Of a stretch of DNA of 64,000 nt, positions 26,501 through 36,784 are shown piece by piece. A program made the translations under genes and the position numbers. Under the pieces are notes generated by a model. That model did not search any database. It was not told where the DNA came from and saw nothing but the letters and a program-made list of their open reading frames with translations. Origin of the DNA: Tubulanus polymorphus (Eukaryota > Animalia > Nemertea); the NCBI RefSeq assembly GCF_964204645.1, contig NC_134028.1, forward strand, positions 1,798,001 through 1,862,000. The letters run 5' to 3'. Each line of letters opens with the position of its first letter. The first letter of the stretch is position 1.

Positions 26501-29034
26501 CTATATTCATTTGAACAAATGTTTGGAATTACTAGTTAAAGCTATGAATTTTCTGGTACCAAAACCAGTAGCAAATCACAAAACATTGTTACAGATCACA
26601 AAAGCTGGTTGAAAACATCCTCCCCCGGCAGGGATTCGAACCTGATGGCATCGAGATTGCCATGGCACGAAACCCTGCCATAATCGACCGTGTGCGCAGA
26701 TACATGCGCAGTTCAGATGATGTGATTTTTAGCCAATCAGAAATCCCATTTTATTTTATCCCGGGTTTTCCCATTTATAGTTCTTCCTTGAAATTTGCCT
26801 CAACGATTATACAACGAGCAATCTGATTGGTGCCGCCAGTTTTCGTTCGGAAAGCTGCGCATGTACCTGCGCACCCGGTCTACTGATGCAGGGGTTCGTG
26901 CCGTGGCTGAGTGTAGCGATGCCATCAGGTTCGAGTCCCTGTAGAGGGAGGATGGTTGAAAATAGATGCGCTAGTTCTGACTGGGGTTTAGGGAGTTTAG
27001 AGCATTTTTGAACAGCCAATGAATAATCGATTCTAAGCTGCAAAAATGTTTCTAATCCTTACTATTATTTCGTATTACAGCTTAGAAGCACTTAACCCTC
27101 CACCCCTCATAGCATGTCATTGCTTACTGATCCTACATCAGCATTTTGTGTGTTCCTGCCATATGTTATTTGTTCACTCTATTTTTCTTCAGAAAGAAGA
27201 AAAAAATGCATTCAAATCATTGGGAACTGGTAATAGGATAGCTACCCTAATTTATTATGTAAGTTACCAGTTTAATGCAAGGCACACGAAGCTCAACTCG
27301 GAGATGGAACACTGAGCTCGACTCAAATGTCAACTTTCGGTTCAAACAGAAATTCACTTTAACTTCTTCATTGATAAGGCTTAACTATGTATTTTGTATG
27401 AAAATAAGAAGGGCTGACCTGAAGAAGTAAAGCTGAATACCTGAAAGAAAAATGATTTTAGGTATTTTTCAGTTTGAACAGAAAGGGGACACGAGCAGGA
27501 TGGTAGTTAAAAGTGGTAAAATTCTAAAGCATGTTGACCACAATTTATTTAAACTTACATTATATTTCTGCAACAGTTCAATACCTGGGAAGAAGCGATT
27601 TATCAGAAGATTTAATCATGAATGAATTCATATAGGAATTTTCATACAGCTTTTCCCTATCCTCCTAGACTGCCCCTTCATATGTACAAATTGAAAAATA
27701 GATTTCTAACTACAAAGATTTAATAGTTATACCATTATGGATAACAAAATGAGCTCTCTCTCTCTCTCTGTCTCTTAATCTTTAATCACCCGCCAGTTCC
27801 TGAAATGATATTGAATCTTAGAAATTGGATTCATCTGTCAAAACCCATTTCATAATTGTTAGACATAGCTGCACTTAAGTTGTTAATATGTCTTCTGGTA
27901 ATGTGTCCTATATGTTCATTATGTAAATGTTAGTACGTATATACTCATGGATCTATGGCTATAAGGGCTTTTTGACCAAAATCTTTCCCCTTAGTCCAGC
28001 ATTTCACTTTTTCACAAGGTTTTATGATAAGATCTTAGCTTACCTCATCATTAGTGTAAATAAACCTCTGTCTAGTTACAAAGTCATGAATGTACATGTA
28101 TTATCTATGTATTTATTTGTGTACGTAAATGTGCTTAACCAGAATTGGAAGATATTTGATATGTAGCCTTCTACATAAGAATGATTAAATTGTATATGAT
28201 TTCCATACCTCTGGAAAACATTTAAACTGATCCTTAAGACATGATTTTATTTGATAAAGATCAAGTAATGATACATTCTAGAATTTATATTCCGAGCGTA
28301 TTGATGTTTTTTTGGACAAATTTTTGGTAAATAGATTTGTAATATTTTTGTTTTTAGATGTCTGATGTGCAGGCTGGAGGTGCCACCGTTTTTCCATATA
28401 TCGGCCTTAAACTTTGGCCAGTAAAGGTACAGTTTCTGAGTTTGTGTTATGATCGTTTGGGACCAACAAAATTCATCCGGTTTAAGGGTGATACGGATTA
28501 AAACTCATTTTCAATTGTATTTCTATGAAGCCGATCTGTATTAAGCTGGTTTGACTGTATTTGGGTACAGGCAGCATTGGGAATTTTTGGATATTTTGCA
28601 TACCACTACATTGCGATCCTGTTAGGACCAAGTTTTTCAATTAAACAAGACTTGTATCTATGGCATGTATTAATTGTAGGGAGCAGCGGCTTTCTGGTTT
28701 AATTTACACGCTAGTGGAGAAGGAGATTATTTAACTCGTCACGCAGCATGTCCTGTGCTTGCCGGCTCAAAATGGGGTAAGTTAACGAATCAGTGATACC
28801 TTACATGTATTGAGTTATCGTATTCGATTACTTGAAATTGGAATATTTTCGATAAAAACAAACATTTGTTGTTTTGTAGAATTTTATAGTTATTTATACT
28901 TTTCAGTGTGTAATAAATGGTTCCATGAACGTGGCCAGGAATTTCTACGACCGTGCAAGTTACGACCAGATCATCCTGAACCAAATGAAGAATATTTGGT
29001 GGCTACAAAAGGCAGATTTGTAAACAGCGAATAG
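20547..29034 (+). CDS. P4HA: Collagen prolyl 4-hydroxylase alpha subunit (about 554 aa; alternative exons)
   Basis: Coding exons: 20547-20734, 21243-21397, 21754-21924, [22890-23050 or 23710-23867], 24109-24160, 24262-24440, 24563-24736, 24820-24890, 25000-25099, 25196-25249, [26077-26139 or 27193-27258], 28358-28426, 28680-28776, 28907-29034. The 4a+11b path is 1665 nt in frame. Motifs: signal peptide, NPVNAYLLVKR, ALLRLQDTY, YRISKSAWL, VVNYGIGGHYEPHFD (HxD), GNRIAT, TRHAACPVLAGSKWVCNKW. Confidence 0.96.
21449..21658. mobile_element. MITE with CAGGGTGGCCA terminal inverted repeats (hAT-like)
   Basis: cagggtggcca at 21449 and tggccaccctg ending at 21658, in P4HA intron 2. Confidence 0.6.
22890..23050 (+). 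CDS. P4HA: P4HA alternative exon 4a (peptide-substrate-binding/TPR domain)
   Basis: tag|CTGCTGAT...TATAAG|gtcagt, 161 nt, phase 1-0. Encodes ADCFELGRASYNVGDYYHAIPWMQETLDRITLLSDRTVNKVTVLDYLAFSIYK. Confidence 0.9.
23710..23867 (+). CDS. P4HA: P4HA alternative exon 4b (paralogue of 4a)
   Basis: cag|CCGCTGAC...ATGCAA|gtaagt, 158 nt, phase 1-0. Encodes ADSFSLGRYAYTEDDFYHTFIWMRQALDQVNAGDSSKDWSTIVDHLAFAAMQ. Confidence 0.88.
26077..26139 (+). CDS. P4HA: P4HA alternative exon 11a (catalytic domain)
   Basis: cag|CGCAGA...ACATAT|gtgagt, 63 nt, phase 0-0. Encodes RREPNGFEKRMGNRVATWLTY. Confidence 0.85.
26615..26955. repeat. Imperfect inverted repeat (about 95-bp arms) between exons 11a and 11b
   Basis: catcctccc...gggattcgaacctgatggcatcg...ggcacgaaaccctg...tgcgcagatacatgcgcag pairs with ctgcgcatgtacctgcgca...caggggttcgtgcc...cgatgccatcaggttcgagtccc...gggaggatg. 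It contains a B-box-like GGTTCGAGTCC. Confidence 0.75.
27193..27258 (+). CDS. P4HA: P4HA alternative exon 11b (catalytic domain)
   Basis: cag|AAAGAA...TATTAT|gtaagt, 66 nt, phase 0-0. Encodes KEEKNAFKSLGTGNRIATLIYY. Confidence 0.9.
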
Positions 29035-29995
29035 AGAAATGTATTTCGGACCCTCGTGCATTTTGCAATCGTAAATTTTCTCGTTACCAAAACAAATGGT
29101 CTGATTAAAGATAGAATTCAGATCATATCAAACAAGTTGAGAAATCTCAATAAGTCGGCAAAATGTTTTTTGAAACTACATGTATTAGAAAATAGTCTGC
29201 AATGTATATTTGTTTTTACATCACATTTATTAACAAAACTTCATCAAATCTTCTTTGTTATTTGTAAAAAAAAAATTGAAGAAATAAAAATACTTTGTAC
29301 GTTTTATTACATTTTTGTGATAAAATAAAATCATGATTATTAATTCTTTGTTATTATATATTCCGTTGAATTTTAATATCTTTAGAAGAGGAGGACAATC
29401 CAATGGACCAAAGGTGGATCTAGGGGTCTAAATTCTGTGCCCAATTATTTGGGTTGACAATCTACATGCTGCCTTACTATACCATAAGGTGCTGCCGCTA
29501 TGCTCATCGTTGGCGGAATTTTCTAACACTAATATCAACTGACCCTGGCAATCAACGTACTGTCTCAATGCACCGTAAAGTGCTGCCGCTTGGGATTTTA
29601 CGGCACATCGATTGCCAGAGTAAGTTCATCATAGTGTATGAAAATTCCGCTAACGACGAGCATAGCGGCAGCACCTCATAATTTAGTGAGATTTCTAACT
29701 ACGTGTACATGTACAAAGATTTACAACGTCATGAATGTACATGTATTATCTATGTATTTATGTGTGTACGTAAATGTACTTAACCAGAATTGGAAGATAT
29801 ATGATATGTAGCCTTCTACATAAGAATGATTGAAATGATTTCCATACCTCTGGAAAACATTTAAACTGATCCTTAAGACATGAATTGATTTGATAAAGAT
29901 CAAGTAATGATACATTCTAGAATTCATATTCCGAGCTAATTGATGTTTTTTGGAACAATTTTTGGTAAATTGATTTGTAATATTTTTGTTTTCAG

Positions 29996-30656
29996 ATGTC
30001 TGATGTGCAGGCTGGAGGTGCCACCGTTTTTCCATATATCGGCCTTAAACTTTGGCCAGTAAAGGTACAGTTTCTGAGTTCGTGTTATGATCATTTGGGA
30101 CCAACAAAATTCATCCGGTTTAAGGGTGATACGGATTAAAACTCATTTTCAATTGTATTTCTATGAAGCCGATCTGTATTAAGCTGGTTTGACTGTATTT
30201 GGGTACAGGCAGATATTTTGCATACCAGTACATTGCGATCCTGTTAGGACCAAGTTTTTCAATTAAACAAGACTTGTATCTATGGTATGTATTAATTGTA
30301 GGGAGCAGCGGCGTTCTGGTTTAATTTACACGCTAGTGGAGAAGGAGATTATTAAACTCGTCACGCAGCATGTCCTGTGCTTGCCGGCTCAAAATGGGGT
30401 AAGTTAATGAATCAATGATACCTTACATGTATTGATTAATCGTATTCGATTTCTTGAAATTGGAATATTTTCGATAAAAACAAACATTTGTTGTTTTGTA
30501 GAATTTCATAGTTGTTTATACTTTTCAGTGTGTAATAAATGGTTCCATGAACGTGGCCAGGAATTTCTACGACCGTGCAAGTTACGACCAGATCATCCTG
30601 AACCAAATGAAGAATATTTGGTGGCTACAAAAGGCAGATTTGTAAACAGCGAATAG
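29996..30656 (+). pseudogene. P4HA 3' exon copy 2 with a premature stop
   Basis: Exons 29996-30064, 30302-30398 and 30529-30656. Codon TTA (Leu) is TAA at 30353-30355, upstream of TRH and NKW. Confidence 0.85.
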
Positions 30657-31606
30657 AGAAATGTATTTCGGACCCTCGTGCATTTTGCAATCGTAAATTT
30701 TCTCGTTACCAGAACAAATGGTCTGATTAAAGATAGAATTCAGATCATGTCAAACAAGTTGAGAAATCTCAATAAGTCGGCAAAATGTTTTTTGAAACTA
30801 CATGTTATTAGAAAATAGTCTACAATGCATATTTGTTTTTACATCACATTTATTAACAAAACTTCATCAAATCTTCTTTGTTATTTGTAAAAAAAAAATC
30901 GAGAAATAAAAATACTTTGTACGTTTTATTACATTTTTGTGATAAAATAAAATCATGATTATTAATTCTTTGTTATTATATATTCCATTGAATTTTAATA
31001 TCTTTAGAAGAGGAGGACAATCCAATGGACCAAAGGTGGAAATAGGGGTCTAAATTCTGTGCCCAATTATTTGGGTTGACAATCAACATGCTGCCTTACT
31101 ATACCATAAGGTGCTGCCGCTATGCTCATCGTTGGCGGAATTTTCTAACACTAATATCAACTGACCCTGGCAATCAACGTACTGTCTCAATGCACCGTAA
31201 AGTGCTGCCGCTTGGGATTTTACGGCACATCGATTGCCAGAGTAAGTTCATCATAGTGTATGAAAATTCCGCTAACGACGAGCATAGCGGCAGCACCTCA
31301 TGGTTTAGTGAGATTTCTAACTACATGTACAACGATTTACAACGTCATGAATGTACATGTATTATCTATGTATTTATTTGTGTACGTAAATGTACTTAAC
31401 CAGAATTGGAAGATATTTGATATGTAGCCTTCTAAGAATAATTAAAATGATTTCCATACCTCTGAAAAACATTTAAACTGATCCTTAGGACATGAATTGA
31501 GATAAAGATCAAGTAATGATACATTCTAGAATTCATATTCTGAGCTAATTGATGTTTTTTTTGGACAAATTTTTGGTAAATTGATTTGTAATATTTTTGT
31601 TTTCAG

Positions 31607-32283
31607 ATGTCTGATGTGCAGGCTGGAGGTGCCACCGTTTTTCCATATATCGGCCTTAAACTTTGGCCAGTAAAGGTACAGTTTCTGAGTTCGTGTTATG
31701 ATCATTTGGGACCAACAAAATTCATCCGGTTTAAGGGTGATACGGATTAAAAGTCATTTTCAATTGTATTTCTATGAAGCCGATCTGTATTAAGCTGGTT
31801 TGACTGTATTTGGGTACAGGCAGCATTGGGAATTATTGGATATTTTGCATACCAGTACATTGCGATCCTGTTATGACCATGTTTTTCAATTAAACAAGAC
31901 TTGTATCTATGGTATGTATTAATTGTAGGGAGCAGCGGCGTTCTGGTTTAATTTACACGCTAGTGGAGAAGGAGATTATTTAACTCGTCACGCAGCATGT
32001 CCTGTGCTTGCCGGCTCAAAATGGGGTAAGTTAATGAATCAGTGATACCTTACATGTATTGAGTTATCGTATTCGATTTCTTGAAATTGGAATATTTTCG
32101 ATAAAAACAAACATTTGTTGTTTTGTAGAATTTTATATTTGTTTATACTTTTCAGTGTGTAATAAATGGTTCCATGAACGTGGCCAGGAATTTCTACGAC
32201 CGTGCAAGTTACGACCAGATCATCCTGAACCAAATGAAGAATATTTGGTGGCTACAAAAGGCAGATTTGTAAACAGCGAATAG
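31607..32283 (+). other. P4HA 3' exon copy 3, intact (possible alternative terminal exon set)
   Basis: Exons 31607-31675, 31929-32025 and 32156-32283 have intact splice sites and the same peptide as copy 1. Confidence 0.75.
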
Positions 32284-32716
32284 AGAAATGTATTTCGAAC
32301 CCTCGTGCATTTTGCAATCGTAAATTTTCTCGTTACCAAAACAAATGGTCTGATTAAAGATAGAATTCAGATCATGTCAAACAAGTTGAGAAATCTCAAT
32401 AAGTCGGCAAAATGTTTTTTGAAACTACATGTATTAGAAAATAGTCTACAATGTATATTTGTTTTTACATCACATTTATAAACAAAACTTCATCAAATCT
32501 TCTTTGTTATTTGTAAAAAAAATCGAAGAAATAAAAATACTTTGTACGTTTTATTACATTTTTGTGATAAAATAAAATCATGATTATTAATTCTTTGTTA
32601 TTATATATTCCGTTAAATTTTAATCTCTTTAGAAGAGGAGGAAAATCCAATGGACCAAAGGTGGATCAAGGGGTCTTGATTATTTGGGTTTGACAATCTA
32701 CATGCTGCTTCACTAT

Positions 32717-32918
32717 ACCATAAGGTGCCGCCGCTATGCTCATCGTTAGCGGTACTTTAGAACACTAATATCAACTGACCCTGGCAATCAACGTACTGTC
32801 TCAATGCACCGTAAAGTGCTGCCGCTTGGGATTTTACGGCACATCGATTGCCAGTGTAAGTTCATCATAGTGTATGAAAATTCCGCTAACGACGAGCATA
32901 GCGGCAGCACCTTATGGT
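32717..32918. mobile_element. MITE family with ACCRTA.GGTGCTGCCGCTATGCTCATCGTTAGCGG TIRs
   Basis: Long TIRs (accataaggtgccgccgctatgctcatcgttagcgg / ccgctaacgacgagcatagcggcagcaccttatggt). Other copies lie at about 29481-29680, 31103-31304, 40067-40226 and 40567-40744. Confidence 0.85.
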
Positions 32919-33047
32919 GTAGGGAGACATCGCACCCCAAAGTTCCGCCTCTAAACTCAACAACCGTTGATTAGATGTTACCAAAATCATATGTATTACA
33001 TTTCGACACTTGAACTTTCAATGAATTCCTAATATTTCGAATGGTAT

Positions 33048-35190
33048 TCAGTTTTTCACGGTAGCGGCTGGCATGGACGACGGTCGGCGTAGCGATGCGA
33101 TTAAGTCGCACACGAACGTCGGTAGGATATTCAGGATGGCGAATTTCAGTTCGATTTTCCAGTTGGGGACGTAATGAAAACGAGGTTCGCTACGGCGCAC
33201 CGCTTCCTCGATACAGTCTATCACTTCACACACATTAGCCGAACACAGAGTATCCAACAACTTGCGGATCAGATCCAAATATGAGTTGAAATAAGCGTCT
33301 CCGTACGCTCGCTTACATTCGTCGGCGGCTGATGCCCAGAACTCGACGTTTCTGTCAATTTGACGTTGCACTTGAACCATTGGTGTTCTTTGAAAAAAAA
33401 CACAAATTGACATATTATACCGGTACCTTAGAGTGGCTGAACATCTGGACCCAGTTCCACATTTGTGAGTTAGAGTTAACTCTGAGTTAAAATTAGTTCA
33501 TTTTCAATGAGTTAACTCAGGGTCAAATCTTAACTCCGAACTGTGGAACTGGACCCTGGACAATTATTTAGGCAGAACTATAACCACACTCAAACGTGGT
33601 GAACGGATAATAAGATAAAATCCCACTATTTACAAATTAAAATAATTTAAAAACCAGAAATTTATTTATTCAATCTAAAATATATAAAAGACACGACGTT
33701 TCGATCTCACCCTAGAGATCATCACCTGACGATGATCTCTAGGGTGAGATCGAAATGTCGTGTCTTTTTGACTATTTTAGATTGAATAAATAAATTTCTG
33801 GATTTTTAATTCTTTTAATCTGTAAATAGTGGGATTTTATCTTATTATATAGGCAGATTTCTAGACCCCTGGTTTAGTTCTGCAGATCTGAGTTAAGATT
33901 TCACTCATAGTTAAAACATTGAAAATTAAATGATTGTAACTCAGATTTGTAGAATTCAAACTCACAACTGTGGAACTGGATCCTGTTGTTTTGCCAATTC
34001 ATCTTTATCTCACCATAATACTACGATTACTTACTTGTAGAATCCCGGTTCGATAGTGACGACTTTGACTCCGAAAGATTTCATTTCCCTTCGTAAACTG
34101 TCCGAAAAAGCGATACAGGCTGTTTTGGACATACAATAGGCAGAAAATCCTGGGATAGCGAACCTTCCTGTAAAAAGACACAACTTTTCAACTGATCATC
34201 GTTCATGATAATTTCGTACTCGTGGCCAATTCGGGCAATAATAAAAATAAGTGTCATTTATATTTCAACGAATTGGTGCATTAAAAATTCTTTAATCAAT
34301 CAGTACGGATTCACGGTGCGAACGTTTGTTGAAAATGAATTACCAGCGAGACTCGCTACATTTACGATGCGGCCTTTTCGTTGGCGAATCAATGGAAGGA
34401 ATGCTTTCGTCATACGGACCACGCCCAATGCATTTACGTCTAACGTCTGTTGATATAGTGAAATAGGACACCATTCACTTTCGGCACATTGTGCCACACC
34501 GGCATTATTCACTAATGCCCATAATCCTGCAAAAACGCGTATTTTCGTATTCTAAAATCATTATAAATCCCACACATACAAATAGCTCCGTAAAACCTCA
34601 TTATTTACGTAATCATGCTCTTAACGAACTATTCGGAAAAATTTGCTTACCTTTGCCTTCGACAAAACCTTTTACGTATTCAACCGCTCGCGTAACGTCA
34701 TCGCCGTCAGTAACGTCGAGTTTCAGAATTTCTACGTCGGGATGTTCGATTTTCAAATTGCTGGCGCCGTCTGCGTCCGGAAACATGCACGCAGCGAATA
34801 CTTTAAAACCATTTCTAGTCAACCGGCGTGCTAATGCATTTCCGAAACCACTATCGCAACCTTAGAAAATATATACATCAATTTCACATACATGCATCAA
34901 TATAACATATTCGGTTCTTTACGGAGCTGATGGATTATAATAACTTTAGTATGAAATTAGTTTCACGTCGAAATCTAGTGAGATTCAAAAATAACCGCCG
35001 CCCCCTACTTACCGGTGACGAGAACGGCTTCCTTTCCGGAATCTCCCGAAATTAAGTCTCCATTCGGTAATCTCCGGTAATAGAAAGATACTCCAAACAA
35101 TACAATCAACGACGTTATAAATGTGAGAATTCCTGGCCAGACGTAAAGTACTCCAGTAATTAAAACAACTGTTCCGAATAATTCCTTCAT
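33048..35190 (-). CDS. Membrane-anchored short-chain dehydrogenase/reductase, retinol dehydrogenase / HSD17B6 / BDH1-like (SDR9C-type; 347 aa)
   Basis: Exons 35190-35013, 34860-34651, 34526-34344, 34167-34035 and 33387-33048 total 1044 nt in frame. Motifs: hydrophobic N-terminus, VLVTGCDSGFG, GLWALVNNAG, GRIVNVAS, catalytic YCMSK, DSLRREMKSFGVKVVTIEPG. Confidence 0.92.
33447..33557. mobile_element. MITE (ggacccagttccaca...tgtggaactggaccc); second copy at about 33864-33985
   Basis: TIRs with internal gagttaactc palindromes, in SDR intron 4. Confidence 0.65.
33607..33848. repeat. Foldback (about 115-bp arms) with a central hammerhead-ribozyme-like motif; Penelope pLTR-like relic
   Basis: Arms ataataagataaaatcccactatttaca...gacacgacgtttcgatctcaccctagagatcat are followed by their reverse complement. 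The core is CTGACGA-t-GATCTC-tagggt-GAGATC-GAAA-TGTC at 33726-33759. A related one-armed copy lies at about 8162-8295. Confidence 0.6.
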
Positions 35191-35430
35191 TGTCTACACT
35201 ATTAACTCCTAACTCGATGTTGTTTTGAGTCAGAACAAGTTACTGAAATTTGAACGTTAATTACAGAATATTTGAAATACTTTCGGTACGATACACACTA
35301 AACCGATGCACACTATACCAATAGTGGTAAAAAGAAAATGTATGAAAATGTAAGAATGGTATTAAACGTAGCCGCAAATTGATAATATCAACCAAAAATA
35401 AAAAAGACTTTGAATAATCTTAGTTCAATA

Positions 35431-35533
35431 TGCATGTTAAGATAGTTGATAGAGAGCTCGCGTTTCAATTTGCATGTTAAAATAGTTGATAGAGAGCTTG
35501 CGTTTCAATTTGCATGTTAAAATAGTTGATAGA
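35431..35533. repeat. Tandem repeat, about 40-bp unit x about 2.6
   Basis: tgcatgttaaRatagttgatagagagctYgcgtttcaatt is repeated. Confidence 0.85.
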
Positions 35534-36784
35534 TACGTGGACTCGGCCTCTACAATTCGTATGCAAGCAATAGTCACATTCTACATATGCATCGAAAGAC
35601 TCCATGGAAATTATGACCAAAACATCATCGTCACATTTTGCTTGCAAAGGCTCTGTTTGATACATGTATTTATTTATATGATACTCGATAGCTTACCCTG
35701 GTAGCATGCGTACCTAGACCGCTCTATAAATGTAGATATCACACTGTCTATCAAATCAAACGTACGCAACGCTTATCAAAGAATCAATAGATAATATTCA
35801 ATATCTAAGACGACGACCTCGATATTCCTAGGTCCGATTCACTAATCTTTACTTTCTCCGATCCACTTGGGTTGTAAATGCTCTAGCAGAACGAGCGCCA
35901 CAAGCAACGTTTCTTCAGGTATCTACACGCGTAAATTTGTTATAATCCCGCTACGCAATGTTTATGGTGGTTGGCGATTTTCACTTATAAACACTGGTTT
36001 CTTATATACGCGTAATATCTGCTATTTCTAGATTTATGCATTAGTCTTTCATGAGAGTAAGGGTAACGTGCTCCAGTTCAAAAGAAAAAAAAACAACAAA
36101 AGAACCACTTGCAAGTTGGGATTTTAATTATCGAAAAATAATCGGAAATCTATGAGCTAATTTTGGATTCTAAATCAAATTCACATTTGCAAAAGCGAGT
36201 TCTGGTTCAATTGTTCTGTCAGGCTACACTATTTGGTGCGTGACGGACGAAAATTAAAAAGTCGTAAAACGAGCCTTTACCATTTCTCTCATGACATTCA
36301 CCTATTTATGATTTAGACTGTGTATATGAATGATATATTTTTACTTATCCAAAATGGATGAAAAAATCTACGTACCATATATCATACCCTACTTCCATAT
36401 TGCGCATAATTATGAATGTAATTCAATCAGCCGAATTGATTATAAATCAGCTGTTTAATATTGTACAATGAAATCAAATCCTTCTCTCTCAGCCCTACAG
36501 CGATCGATTTAAATAGAAGAAACCTATTGTTTGGTATTCAAATCAATGTTCATTAAAAGGTGAAAATTAAGCGTGAGTCAGTCCATTTATCGTACGCTTG
36601 ATTTACAGCCCCGAAATTTCATGTCGTGTTTACTATTCTTAGTATGAATTAAATTTTTTGGTCAATGTCTCAATGCATTTATCATGATCATTTTGTCTTT
36701 AAAGAATTATTTCTTAAATAATTGATTGTAGAGTTCACTTTTTCGCTTACTTTTTCCAGGTTGTTTAAATGATATCTTGCTGAG

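Larger units (their letters stand above)
28045..32918 (+). repeat. Tandem triplication (about 1.62-kb unit) of P4HA exons 12-14, 3'UTR and a MITE
   Basis: Near-identical units start exon 12 at 28358, 29996 and 31607, and have stops at 29034, 30656 and 32283. Confidence 0.95.

Noticed and set aside
26860-26955. tRNA gene (GGTTCGAGTCCC)
   Set aside because: Only a T-loop-like motif is present and no acceptor or anticodon stems could be folded. It is one arm of an inverted repeat.
27351-27440. Selector/docking pair for exons 11a/11b
   Set aside because: The best complement (ttcactttaacttcttca / tgaagaagtaaagctgaa) is a local hairpin downstream of 11b that encloses no exon. No convincing long-range pair was found by eye.
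30353-30355. Recoded stop (selenocysteine or readthrough) in P4HA copy 2
   Set aside because: The codon is TAA replacing Leu, and the sister copies have TTA, so it is an ordinary nonsense change.
29454-31399. Repeated ORFs MTIxMLPYYTIRCCRYAHRW...
   Set aside because: These are read-through of the palindromic MITE in the triplicated unit, not a gene.
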